A stretch of 60,302 bases of DNA from Clostridia bacterium (GTDB lineage: Bacteria > Bacillota > Clostridia > Christensenellales > UBA1242), in assembly GCA_017650795.1 (NCBI GenBank), contig JAGCEE010000275.1, positions 1 through 60,302 of the forward strand, given 5' to 3'. This document shows positions 46,627 to 56,361 of the stretch, in pieces. The first letter of the stretch is position 1. Each line of letters starts with the position of its first letter. The position numbers were made by a program, and so were the translations under genes. A model generated the notes under the pieces. That model made no database searches. It had not been told where the DNA came from and worked only from the letters and a program-made list of their open reading frames with translations.

Positions 46627-49600
46627 TTAATTATTATTTTTATCAACTAGCACTACCGAACCTTCGCCGAGTAGCCCAACTAATTCATTTATTAGTAAAT
46701 TATTAGGGTTTACTTTTTTATTTACTTTAAATGCTTTATTTGTGCTTGTGCATTTACATATTACAGGACATTCACCACTATACACACTTAATATTAACAT
46801 TGCCTTATTATAGATTGTTTTATCATTTGTATCAAATTTAATATATAGCGTTTTATCTGTATTATTTTCGGTATTAACCTGCTCATCTTTATCATGCCAT
46901 ACAGAAATTCCATCAACCGTCACAATAGGAGTTTCGCCATCTCTAAGACTTAGTTTTCCTCTTACCGTAATCATACCATCTTCTTCAATATTATCTTTGT
47001 ATTTTTGATATATTGCAGGAAATAACATTAAGTCAATATTACCATACAAATCTTCTATAGTTATTATTGCCATTTCTTTATTTGAGTTTCTGGTATAAAC
47101 CTTTTTTATTGCACTAATAATTCCGCCACAAACCACACTCATTCCATCTGTAATGTTAGAAGAATATGTGGCATTAGAGTTTTCATCATCATCTTCATAT
47201 ACATATTCAGAGTTTTCATTATCTTCTTCACTTACAAGCATATCAGAGGTTAAATTGTAATCTTTGTAATTATCTATATAATCGTCTAGTGGATGGCCAG
47301 ATAAATAGATACCAAGCACATCTTTTTCATATTTTAGTTTTGTTTTTTTATTGTACTCTTTAATGTCTGGAATTTTAATTTCGTCAAATTTTGCTATTGA
47401 GTTATTTTCATCAGAACCAAATACATCAAAAATAGAAACTTGTCCATTTCGGCTATTGTCTTTTTCTTTGCTAACTCTATCTATCATAACATCATAAATT
47501 GCCATTAGCGCACTTCTTGGATGCCCAAAGCAATCAAAAGCACCACCAAGTATTAGAGAGTCTAAACATTTTTTGTTTAATATTGATGATTCAGAACGAC
47601 TAATAAAATCATAAAAAGATTTATATTCGCCATTTTTTTCTCTTTCGTTAATTATTAAATCAATTACCGAAATTCCCACACCTTTTATTGCACTAAGACC
47701 ATATCTAATTCCACCATTTTCGGTATGGAAATATGTTTTTGAGTGGTTAATATCTGGTGGGAAAATATTAAACTTTTCTTGTTTTGCAAAAGCTATGTAA
47801 TGTTTAATTTCGTCACTTTTTGTTATTCTATTATTTAAAATAGAAGTTATTAACTCTAATTCATGGTAGCATCTAAGATATGCAGTTTGGAACGATAAAT
47901 AAGCATAAGCAGCAGCATGTGATTTATTAAAGGCGTAAGAAGCAAATGCTTCCATTTGACCAAAGACATCTTCGGCAACTTCTTTTGGTATTCCTTTTTT
48001 TATGGCACCAGGAATAGATTTTTTACCTTCAGGGTCTTCCCAACCATTGATAAATTTTTCTTTTTCGTATGCCATTTTATCTTTTTTCTTTTTGCCCATT
48101 ATACGTCTAACATTATCTGCTTGCCCTAGGTTATATCCACCCATGGCTTGACATATCTGCATAACTTGCTCTTGGTAAACTATTACACCATAAGTGACAT
48201 TAAGTATTGGCTCTAAGCATGGGTCTGCATATTTAACTAAACTAGGGTCGTGTTTATTTGCTACATATTTTGGAATATATGCCATTGGACCAGGACGATA
48301 CATTGCAACACCAGCAATAATATCTTCAAGGCAGTCTGGCTTTAATTCTTTCATAAACTTTTTAAAACCACCACTTTCTAGTTGGAACACTGCATCTGTT
48401 TTTCCTTCGCCAAGCATCTTATATGTTTCGGGGTCATTGTAGTTCATATCTTTGCTATAAAAGTCAATATCTATACCTTTATTTTCTTTAACATATTGAA
48501 GAGCCTTGTTAATATCGGTCAATGTTCTTAATCCCAAAAAGTCCATTTTTAATAAGCCTAATTGCTCTAATTCTACCATTGAATACTGCGTTGATATTTC
48601 ATCACCATTACGAGTAAGTGGCACAAATGTATCTACCGGTGCTGGAGCAATTAAAATTCCGCAGGCATGAGTAGAAATATTTCTTGGCATGCCTTCTAGC
48701 TTACAAGCAACATCAAACACGTGCTTTAATTGCATGTCTTCGTCGTATAATTTTCTAAGTTCTGGAATAATATATTTTTCATTTTCTGGTTTACCGGTTA
48801 AACCAAAATAGTATTTTAAAACTGGTGGTTTTTTTATTCCTTCGGGCAATTTTGTTGGTATCATTTTACTTATTTTGTCAGCAGTAGAATAAGGGACTTT
48901 TAAAACCCTCGCCACATCTCTTATTGCATTTTTTGCCGCCATTGTTCCAAATGTGCCAATGTATGCAACATTTTCGGGAGTGTATTTTTGTTTAACATAT
49001 TCTATTATATCTTCACGGTGTTCATCATCAAAATCAACATCAAAGTCGGGCATGGATACCCTTTCTTTATGAATAAATCTTTCAAACAGTAAATCGTATT
49101 TTAATGGGTCTACAAGAGTAATAGAAATTGCATAAGCAACAATACTTCCTGCGCCAGAGCCTCTACCCGGACCAACAGATATTCCATGAGTTCGTGCATA
49201 ATGCACATAATCCCAAACAACCAAAAAGTATTCAACAAAGCCTTGTTCATGAATTAAACTAAGTTCTTTTTCTGCTCTGTCCTTTATTTCTTGGGTTATT
49301 TCTCCATATTTTTGTTTTAAGCCATCGTAGGTTATTTTTCGCAAAAACTCATAGTTATCCATTCCGTCTGGTGCATGATAAACCGGTATATGATTTTCCG
49401 ATGCTGGCAAAACATATTTTTTATCTACGCCGTTTATTTCTCCATGCCCTTTGCTTCTAATAACAACATCACACTTGTCGGCAATTTCATTTGTAATGTC
49501 TAGCGCATCTTCGTATCCTGGTAGTGCCTCTAACATTTCGTCATAGGTTTTATAGTAAAATTCTTCTGTATCAAATTTTAATCTGTTCGGGTCATCTATT

Positions 49601-50277
49601 GTTTTTTGCATTTGTAAACACATCAAAATATCTTGTGCTTCGGCATCTTCTTTGTGCAAATAATGACAGTCGTTTGTTGCAACAAGTTTTATGCCGGTTT
49701 CTTTGCTCATTTTATCTAGCGCATTTAATACTTTTAATTGTTCTGGAATTCCATGATTTTGTATTTCTAAATAAAAGTCGCCTTCATCAAACATATCACG
49801 CATTTTTAAAGCGAGTTGTTTTGCATCTTCGTATCGTTCTTCTAAAATTAGTTGTGGTATATGACCAGCAAGACACGCCGACAAACAAATAAGCCCTTTG
49901 CTGTGTTCTGCAAGGCACTTGTAGTCTATGCGAGGTTTGTAATAATAACCCTCTTTTGCTGCTATTCCAGAAAGTTTAAGCAAATTTTGATAACCATCAT
50001 TATTTTTTGCAAGTAAAATAATATGGCCAATATCTGGTTTTCCGGACTTGTTAAAACGGTCATGAGCAATGTAAAACTCACAACCTATTATTGGTTTTAT
50101 TCCAGCTTTTAAACATTCTGAATATAGCTTTAAAGCGCCATACATATTGCCATGGTCTGTAATTGCAACTGCCTTCCAACCACGATTTACTGTTTCGGCA
50201 ACAAGTTGGTCTATTTTTGTGGCTCCATCTAAAAGGCTATATTCTGTATGAAGATGTAAATGGACAAATGGCTTCAT
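46627..50277 (-). CDS. dnaE: DNA polymerase III alpha subunit (DnaE-type)
   Basis: 1216 aa. N-terminal PHP domain (FVHLHLHTEYSLLDG), the polymerase core (PDFDVDF, GLLKMDFLGL) and a C-terminal OB region. Confidence 0.9.
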   Translation of the reverse strand: MKPFVHLHLHTEYSLLDGATKIDQLVAETVNRGWKAVAITDHGNMYGALKLYSECLKAGIKPIIGCEFYIAHDRFNKSGKPDIGHIILLAKNNDGYQNLLKLSGIAAKEGYYYKPRIDYKCLAEHSKGLICLSACLAGHIPQLILEERYEDAKQLALKMRDMFDEGDFYLEIQNHGIPEQLKVLNALDKMSKETGIKLVATNDCHYLHKEDAEAQDILMCLQMQKTIDDPNRLKFDTEEFYYKTYDEMLEALPGYEDALDITNEIADKCDVVIRSKGHGEINGVDKKYVLPASENHIPVYHAPDGMDNYEFLRKITYDGLKQKYGEITQEIKDRAEKELSLIHEQGFVEYFLVVWDYVHYARTHGISVGPGRGSGAGSIVAYAISITLVDPLKYDLLFERFIHKERVSMPDFDVDFDDEHREDIIEYVKQKYTPENVAYIGTFGTMAAKNAIRDVARVLKVPYSTADKISKMIPTKLPEGIKKPPVLKYYFGLTGKPENEKYIIPELRKLYDEDMQLKHVFDVACKLEGMPRNISTHACGILIAPAPVDTFVPLTRNGDEISTQYSMVELEQLGLLKMDFLGLRTLTDINKALQYVKENKGIDIDFYSKDMNYNDPETYKMLGEGKTDAVFQLESGGFKKFMKELKPDCLEDIIAGVAMYRPGPMAYIPKYVANKHDPSLVKYADPCLEPILNVTYGVIVYQEQVMQICQAMGGYNLGQADNVRRIMGKKKKDKMAYEKEKFINGWEDPEGKKSIPGAIKKGIPKEVAEDVFGQMEAFASYAFNKSHAAAYAYLSFQTAYLRCYHELELITSILNNRITKSDEIKHYIAFAKQEKFNIFPPDINHSKTYFHTENGGIRYGLSAIKGVGISVIDLIINEREKNGEYKSFYDFISRSESSILNKKCLDSLILGGAFDCFGHPRSALMAIYDVMIDRVSKEKDNSRNGQVSIFDVFGSDENNSIAKFDEIKIPDIKEYNKKTKLKYEKDVLGIYLSGHPLDDYIDNYKDYNLTSDMLVSEEDNENSEYVYEDDDENSNATYSSNITDGMSVVCGGIISAIKKVYTRNSNKEMAIITIEDLYGNIDLMLFPAIYQKYKDNIEEDGMITVRGKLSLRDGETPIVTVDGISVWHDKDEQVNTENNTDKTLYIKFDTNDKTIYNKAMLILSVYSGECPVICKCTSTNKAFKVNKKVNPNNLLINELVGLLGEGSVVLVDKNNN

Positions 50278-50278
50278 A

Positions 50279-51238
50279 TTATTTTTCCTTTAATTTTTCT
50301 GCTATTTTTATTATTTTGTTAAACTTGTGGTTTAAAGCACTTTTAGTCATTGGAAACTTGCTTAGTTTTAATAATTGTTCCAAACTTTCTTCGCCGTTTG
50401 CTAATCTAAGTAGTGCAACCTGCTGTAAATCTTCTGGTAGAGAATTTAAACCAATTTCTTTATCAATAATATTTATGGCATCTAATTGTTTAAAACTAGC
50501 ATTTAGTGTTTTTGTATAATTAGAGGTAAAACAATTATTTTGTCTATTTATTTTGTTTCTCATTTGCCTTGTTATTATTTCATTTTGAAGTTTTAAAACG
50601 GCATCACTTGCACCCATAAGTGCAAGCGAATTACTAACAGCCTCGGCATCTTTAATGTATAGCACAAATATGCTTTTTCGTTGGGTTAGTTTTGCTAGTA
50701 TTTCAAATTCTGCAAGAATATCCATAACTGTTCTAAGTAATAAGTAGTTTTGATTTCCTAATTCTAAATGATAGCCGGTTGTTGTACGAGTTGTATTTTC
50801 TAATTTTATACTGCTTGTTCCACAACCTATAAACACCCCACTAACAAATGCCCCAAGGTTTTGTTCGTTTATAAGTTTATTATTATCAATATCATTTAAT
50901 TCTAATGTTTCATTTTTGTAATATAAAACATTTGTGTCCAGCAATATTTTTTGCGCCAACGAATTTTCTATTGTTATATCGTAATACTGCATACTGCTTA
51001 TTTTATATGTTGGCTCGCACTTAATATTTGAGCTACCATATAGTTTTAAGCAAATGCTATTTAAGTATTTTTCTAAAAAAGTTAAATCAGTAATAATATG
51101 AAAATTATTTACAACATTATCGTTTACTTCAAATTCGGCAGAAGAATAAAAGAGACCACACAAAAACGCCAAGCATTGCTTGTCGCTTTTAAATCCATTT
51201 TCTAAAATTTCTAATTTTATTTCTTTTGAAAAACTCAT
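50279..51238 (-). CDS. whiA: Sporulation/cell-division regulator WhiA
   Basis: 319 aa with a LAGLIDADG-like middle region and a C-terminal HTH (VALLRLANGEESLEQLLKLSKFPMTKSALNHKFNKIIKIAE). Confidence 0.9.
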   Translation of the reverse strand: MSFSKEIKLEILENGFKSDKQCLAFLCGLFYSSAEFEVNDNVVNNFHIITDLTFLEKYLNSICLKLYGSSNIKCEPTYKISSMQYYDITIENSLAQKILLDTNVLYYKNETLELNDIDNNKLINEQNLGAFVSGVFIGCGTSSIKLENTTRTTTGYHLELGNQNYLLLRTVMDILAEFEILAKLTQRKSIFVLYIKDAEAVSNSLALMGASDAVLKLQNEIITRQMRNKINRQNNCFTSNYTKTLNASFKQLDAINIIDKEIGLNSLPEDLQQVALLRLANGEESLEQLLKLSKFPMTKSALNHKFNKIIKIAEKLKEK

Positions 51239-51329
51239 ATTCTTCCTTTGATTTGTTTATAGCTATTTAACTTGTTTATATTTGCATAAACTTTTACTTG
51301 TGGTAGCAATTATAATTTAAACCATAACT

Positions 51330-52070
51330 TTATTTTAATTTTTTAAAATTTGGTCTTTTGTCTAAATTAACTATATTTTTATCAGGTATGTGGTATTTTA
51401 AAACATATTTCATTCCATACCTAACATCGCCGATTAACTCTGGTCTATGTGCATCACTATTTAAAATAAAATCTGTGTCATATTTCATTAGCGATTCCAT
51501 ATCTTTGTTTGTAAAAGATATTCTTTTGCCATTTAACTCTATAAAAACACCTTTTTGTTTTGCAAGGCGGGCAACCTCTTCAACATTAACCGGCATGCCA
51601 ACGCCAAGGTGTGTGATAATGTTTATTGGCTGGGTTTCTATTGCCTTTAATACACAAATAGTATTTTTTTCTATTTGTCTTTTTGTATACCATTTAAGAT
51701 TGTTTGGTAAAAACAATTTAAAAAAGTCTTTTTTTGTATCTGCTTTTGCCATTTTATGATAGCCAACATTTACTATATTTAAAAAATCTAAATCACTTTC
51801 GATTATTCCTGTGTTGCCTTCAAGAGATGTAAGATTTTCTTCTATGCCAAGTAATATATTTACACCTGTTGCGCTTTTTGCTTTTTCTATATCTAATTTA
51901 ACACTTTCTATTTGGCTACGTTTTACACCATATAGTTTGTGAGTAAAACCATGGTCTGTAATTGCAAATTCTTTAAGACCCTTGTTTTTTGCCACAATGG
52001 CATTATCTAATATGCTTCCCTTGCCATCGCTATATGTGCTGTGTGTATGATAATCGCCATAAATAATCAT
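51330..52070 (-). CDS. PHP-domain metal-dependent phosphoesterase (histidinol-phosphatase-like)
   Basis: YGDYHTHSTYSDG, AITDHG and a C-terminal NSDAH motif. Confidence 0.7.
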   Translation of the reverse strand: MIIYGDYHTHSTYSDGKGSILDNAIVAKNKGLKEFAITDHGFTHKLYGVKRSQIESVKLDIEKAKSATGVNILLGIEENLTSLEGNTGIIESDLDFLNIVNVGYHKMAKADTKKDFFKLFLPNNLKWYTKRQIEKNTICVLKAIETQPINIITHLGVGMPVNVEEVARLAKQKGVFIELNGKRISFTNKDMESLMKYDTDFILNSDAHRPELIGDVRYGMKYVLKYHIPDKNIVNLDKRPNFKKLK

Positions 52071-52099
52071 ATTTGCTTCCTTTTATACTTTGTAAATCG

Positions 52100-52987
52100 T
52101 TAAATAAATATTACTTCTTCGTTTAAAATAATGCCTTGTTTTTTTGCCATGTTTTTTGCCAAATCAATAAGACTATGCATATCTTCGCTAGATGCATTTT
52201 TAACGTTTACATTAACAAAAAAATTTGCATGTTTGGTGCTTATTTGCACCCCACCTAATTTAACACCTTTTAAACCCAATTTGTCAATTGTTTTACCCGC
52301 ACTGCCCTCCACTGTTTTAAAAAAAATGCTTCCACAACTCGGCATGTCGTATGGCTGACATTGTTTTCTTTTAAGCATATATTGCTCTTGGTTTGTTTTT
52401 ATAACCTTGTTATCTTGTTTATAAAGAGAAAGTGTGGTTTTAATAACCACCATATTGCTATTTTTAAGTATTGATGTTCTATAACCATAATTAAGATTTT
52501 TTACCAAAAACATTTTATATTTTCCACTGGTAGTAAGGACTAAAACATTTTTTACAAACTGCGATATATCGTGCTCAAAAGCGCCTGCATTCATTATTGT
52601 TGCTCCACCCATGCTACCAGGTATTCCATAACTCCATTCTAATCCGCCAAGCCCATGTTTTTGTAGTTGCGTGTTTAAAGAAAAAAGCCCAAGTCCGCAA
52701 TAAACGCAAACCTGGTTTTGTTTTATATATAGTTTATTTATTCTTTTGGTGCAAACAAGAACAAAATCTCTAATGCCATCATTAAAAATGACATTTGTTC
52801 CATTGCCAATTATATAATATTGTTTTTTAATTTGGTTTAATACAAACAGTAGTTTTTTTAGTTGTTTCGCACTATTTGGATAGCATACATATCTTCCAAT
52901 TCCACCTATTTTTATTGAACATAAACTTTTTAAGTTTACATTGCATTTTGTTTGGCATGTTTTTTTTAAAAGGCTATATAAATTCAT
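52100..52987 (-). CDS. murB: UDP-N-acetylenolpyruvoylglucosamine reductase
   Basis: FAD-binding region (IKIGGIGRY...IIGNGTNVIF), GIPGSMGGA, and the catalytic SCGSIFFK segment. Confidence 0.85.
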   Translation of the reverse strand: MNLYSLLKKTCQTKCNVNLKSLCSIKIGGIGRYVCYPNSAKQLKKLLFVLNQIKKQYYIIGNGTNVIFNDGIRDFVLVCTKRINKLYIKQNQVCVYCGLGLFSLNTQLQKHGLGGLEWSYGIPGSMGGATIMNAGAFEHDISQFVKNVLVLTTSGKYKMFLVKNLNYGYRTSILKNSNMVVIKTTLSLYKQDNKVIKTNQEQYMLKRKQCQPYDMPSCGSIFFKTVEGSAGKTIDKLGLKGVKLGGVQISTKHANFFVNVNVKNASSEDMHSLIDLAKNMAKKQGIILNEEVIFI

Positions 52988-53043
52988 ATTGTTTTATATG
53001 AAAAACATTCCATTTTAGCAACATAAATATATATAAATTTTTA

Positions 53044-53807
53044 TTAAGCGCCCTCCAAAATCATCTTGTCAGCAACAAGCGCAATAAACTCGCCATTTGT
53101 TGGCTTTTCATTGCTAGTGTACACCTTTAAACCAAAAATTGAGTTTATGTTTTCTATTTTACCTCTATTCCATGCGACCTCTATGGCGTGGCGAATTGCA
53201 CGTTCAACCTTGCTTGCAGATGTTTCAAATTTTTCTGCTATGGCAGGGTAAAGTTTTTTTGTTATAGAATTTATTATTTCGGGCGTATCGATTGCCATTT
53301 TAATTGCTTCCCTTAAAAATTGATAACCTTTAATATGGGCAGGTATTCCAACGGTAATAAAAATATTTGATATCTTTTCATCTATTGCTCGCACTTTCAT
53401 TCTGTCATCTTTTACATCTTGAATTGTTGGTGCCATATTATTTATGTCTGTAATTCTGCTTACAATCACGTCAACAGAACAAGGCTTATTTATATAAAAA
53501 CTTGCTCCCATAGATAATGCTTTTGTGACAAACCCCTCATGCGACAATGCAGATGCAACCACAATTTTTGGACATTTGTTTCCAAGCGAATTTTTTAGTT
53601 TTTCAATAAGCACAAAACCGTCCATAGATGGCAATACAATATCAAGTAGTAGTACATCTGGGCAAAGCGTAGTCACTTCCCTTAATGCAATCTCTCCATT
53701 GTTGTGCTTCCTACAAGTTCTATTTTGTCGTTTGTTAATAATGTTTTTTTTAACATATCATTTAGTTCGGTATTATCTGCTACATATAATTTTATTTTTG
53801 ATTCCAT
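53044..53807 (-). pseudogene. spo0A: spo0A with an internal frameshift (receiver domain split across two frames)
   Basis: One frame (53807-53682, RBS AGAGGAGAA) encodes MESKIKLYVADNTELNDMLKKTLLTNDKIELVGSTTMERLH*. The second frame encodes ...NNGEIALREVTTLCPDVLLLDIVLPSMDGF... and continues through the Spo0A effector domain (GVPAHIKGYQFLREAI, SKVERAIRHAIEVAW) to 53044. Joining them requires one additional nucleotide near 53698-53706. Confidence 0.8.
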
Positions 53808-54062
53808 ATTTTTTTCTCCTCTTTAAAAACAAAAGTATCATAGCATCTTATCACTTAATTTACTAGCAAAAAAAATATCAAAAAACCGCAAAAAATAAGA
53901 AAAATACACATTTTGTGCCGAATTTTTTCTATTTTATACCCATTTTTTCCAATTTTATACCTTTTTTAGAATATCTTTCAAATCTTGTGAGTAAAAAAAT
54001 AACAAAGTCGAAAACAATAAATTATTTCACAAAATAAAAAAATAAAGCATATAACAAAAATA

Positions 54063-54491
54063 ATGAATAATGAATATAATGATTATTTAATATTGTCACC
54101 GTCCAAAATGGAAGAGGTCGCAAAAAGGTATAATGAAGAAATAAGAAAGAACAGAGCGGAAGAAAATTGTGAATGTAAAATTACCAACGGCGAGTTTTAT
54201 GATGCTTGTGCTCAACTTATTCATACCCTTTTAATATTAAAAAAGTATCTATTACGCAAACGAAAAAAAGATTTAAGAATTGATGCAATAAAAGATGCAA
54301 TAGATATGCTTATGGATATCGATGAGCATATTGATAGAAAAAAAATAAAAATGGTAAAGAATTATAATGAGGCAGTTAGGATTTGTTTTAGCTGTCTTTC
54401 ACTAATGCTAGATATTTCAACAAAAGAGGAAAATAATAAAACAACAAAAATGCTAACACAAATATTTAAATGTTTGATTGTTTTATTGTAG
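54063..54491 (+). CDS. Hypothetical helical protein (142 aa)
   Basis: ORF only; Lys/Glu-rich and predicted helical. No recognisable motif. Confidence 0.5.
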   Translation: MNNEYNDYLILSPSKMEEVAKRYNEEIRKNRAEENCECKITNGEFYDACAQLIHTLLILKKYLLRKRKKDLRIDAIKDAIDMLMDIDEHIDRKKIKMVKNYNEAVRICFSCLSLMLDISTKEENNKTTKMLTQIFKCLIVLL

Positions 54492-54584
54492 GTTGATTGC
54501 TTTAATAAAAAAAACACTCTTGACATTTACCGATATAAAAAGTAAACTAATATCAGTAAAATACAAAAGGAGATTAAATGACAT

Positions 54585-55058
54585 ATGGAACCAGAACTAG
54601 TAGATTTTGCAGAGCAACCTCAGGAAGTTTATGATAATTTTTATCTTATGTTTTATGATACATTTTTATATTCAAAAGAAAAATATGATGATTTTATAAA
54701 CAAGTTTAATTCACTCCTTGCAAAATATCAAAATAATCCCGATAAGTACGCATTGGTTATTTTGGATTTATCTAGCTTTTTTAAGCAAAGATGTACAAAA
54801 GAAATAGAACGTGAAACTATGCCTGCTTTAATTGATATTTTAAAATATGTTTATACATTGTACAATAAAGATAAAAATATATTTATGAAATGCATAACAT
54901 GTGGTAAAAGAAACTTTTTAAACTACATGAATTTATTAGTAGATCTTAAATGCAGCGAAAACGAGGCCGAAACTTTATCTATAAAAGAAAAAATCAAAAA
55001 AGTAGAACAAGAAATGGCGAATTTTAGAGCCATTGCTTTAAAAGGAAAAATCCAATAA
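54585..55058 (+). CDS. Hypothetical protein (157 aa) with a CxxC pair
   Basis: ORF followed by a strong terminator. AAAGGAGA lies 12 nt upstream. An 18-codon ORF starting at 54578 in another frame sits closer to that RBS. Confidence 0.5.
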   Translation: MEPELVDFAEQPQEVYDNFYLMFYDTFLYSKEKYDDFINKFNSLLAKYQNNPDKYALVILDLSSFFKQRCTKEIERETMPALIDILKYVYTLYNKDKNIFMKCITCGKRNFLNYMNLLVDLKCSENEAETLSIKEKIKKVEQEMANFRAIALKGKIQ

Positions 55059-55072
55059 TTTTTCAAAGTATT

Positions 55073-55110
55073 AAAACTCCGATTGTTAATCAATCGGGGT
55101 TTTATTTTTT
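55073..55110 (+). terminator. Intrinsic terminator
   Basis: 13-bp stem AAAACTCCGATTG-TTAAT-CAATCGGGGTTTT followed by ATTTTTT. Confidence 0.8.
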
Positions 55111-55226
55111 GCTTTTGACAATGTGTTAAATTATGTGTTTTTGTTTAATATATACACCATAAATTTTTATAGTTATTTGACACCACAATGGCTGTTATGA
55201 TAATATTTTTATTATAAGGAGAGGCA

Positions 55227-56336
55227 ATGGCATACAAGGCACTTTACAGAAAATATAGACCAAAAACATTTGATGATGTTGTGGGCCAAGAGCATATTAC
55301 AACAACACTAAAACACCAAGTCATGACAGGCAACATTGGCCATGCCTATCTTTTTACAGGCAGTCGTGGAACCGGAAAAACTAGCACTGCAAAAATATTT
55401 GCAAAGGCGGTTAATTGTCCAAATTTGGTTAATGGTGAACCATGTAATAATTGCGATATTTGCAAAAGTGTTGATGATGGAAGTAGTGTCGATGTTTTAG
55501 AAATGGATGCCGCTTCAAACAATAGAGTAGACGAAATTAGAGATATAAGAGAAAAGGTTAAATTTTTGCCGGTTGGTGGAAAATATAAAGTATATATTAT
55601 AGATGAAGTTCATATGCTTACCGACCAAGCATTTAATGCACTACTTAAAACACTAGAAGAGCCACCAGAACATGTTATATTTATTTTAGCAACAACCGAG
55701 GCGCATAAACTTCCAGCGACAATACTCTCTCGTTGCATGCGTTTTGATTTTAGGTTAATTGATGTTCCAACGCTTTCAAAACTAATTGGAAACATATTTG
55801 ATAAAGAACAAATAAAATATACAAACGAGGCACTTCGTCTTATTGCACTGGCTGGCGAAGGGAGTTGCCGAGATACAATATCTATTGCAGATTGTGTCGC
55901 ATCATTTAGTCAAAACGATATAACGGTAGAAAGTGCCATGAGGGTTTTGGGTGCAAGCGATACCGAGGTGTTTGTTAAATTATATGATGCCATTGGTAAA
56001 AAGAATATTAAAGACGCTTTTGAAATTTTGCAAAATACATTTGATAGTGGTAAAAACTTAACGGTTTTTGCAAAGAACTGCACGCTTCATGCAAGAAACT
56101 TGCTTGTTATGAAAAATTGTCCCGATAGCGAGGAGATGTCGTCTCTTACTCAAAAAACACAAGACTTATTAAAAACACAAGCAAAAAGTTTTGAAAATAG
56201 CGACCTTATGGAATATATGAAAATCTTTTCGTCAATAGAGGCAGAAATAAAATATGCCCTATCGCCTAAAACTTTAATAGAAACGGCAGTTATAACTGCA
56301 ATAACCAAAGACGATAGTCAAAAAAAAACTAAATAA
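55227..56336 (+). CDS. dnaX: DNA polymerase III subunit gamma/tau, domains I-III only (short product in the zero frame)
   Basis: Walker A GSRGTGKTS, Zn module CNNCDIC, DEVHML, SRC motif (LSRCMRF). RBS AAGGAGAGG. The ORF ends 6 nt after an A9 run (56320-56328). Confidence 0.9.
   Translation: MAYKALYRKYRPKTFDDVVGQEHITTTLKHQVMTGNIGHAYLFTGSRGTGKTSTAKIFAKAVNCPNLVNGEPCNNCDICKSVDDGSSVDVLEMDAASNNRVDEIRDIREKVKFLPVGGKYKVYIIDEVHMLTDQAFNALLKTLEEPPEHVIFILATTEAHKLPATILSRCMRFDFRLIDVPTLSKLIGNIFDKEQIKYTNEALRLIALAGEGSCRDTISIADCVASFSQNDITVESAMRVLGASDTEVFVKLYDAIGKKNIKDAFEILQNTFDSGKNLTVFAKNCTLHARNLLVMKNCPDSEEMSSLTQKTQDLLKTQAKSFENSDLMEYMKIFSSIEAEIKYALSPKTLIETAVITAITKDDSQKKTK
56320..56328 (+). repeat. A9 homopolymer at the dnaX frame junction
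   Basis: Counted directly from the sequence: C-AAAAAAAAA-CT. Confidence 0.9.
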
Positions 56337-56361
56337 TATAAAAAGGGTAAACAATTTAGTT

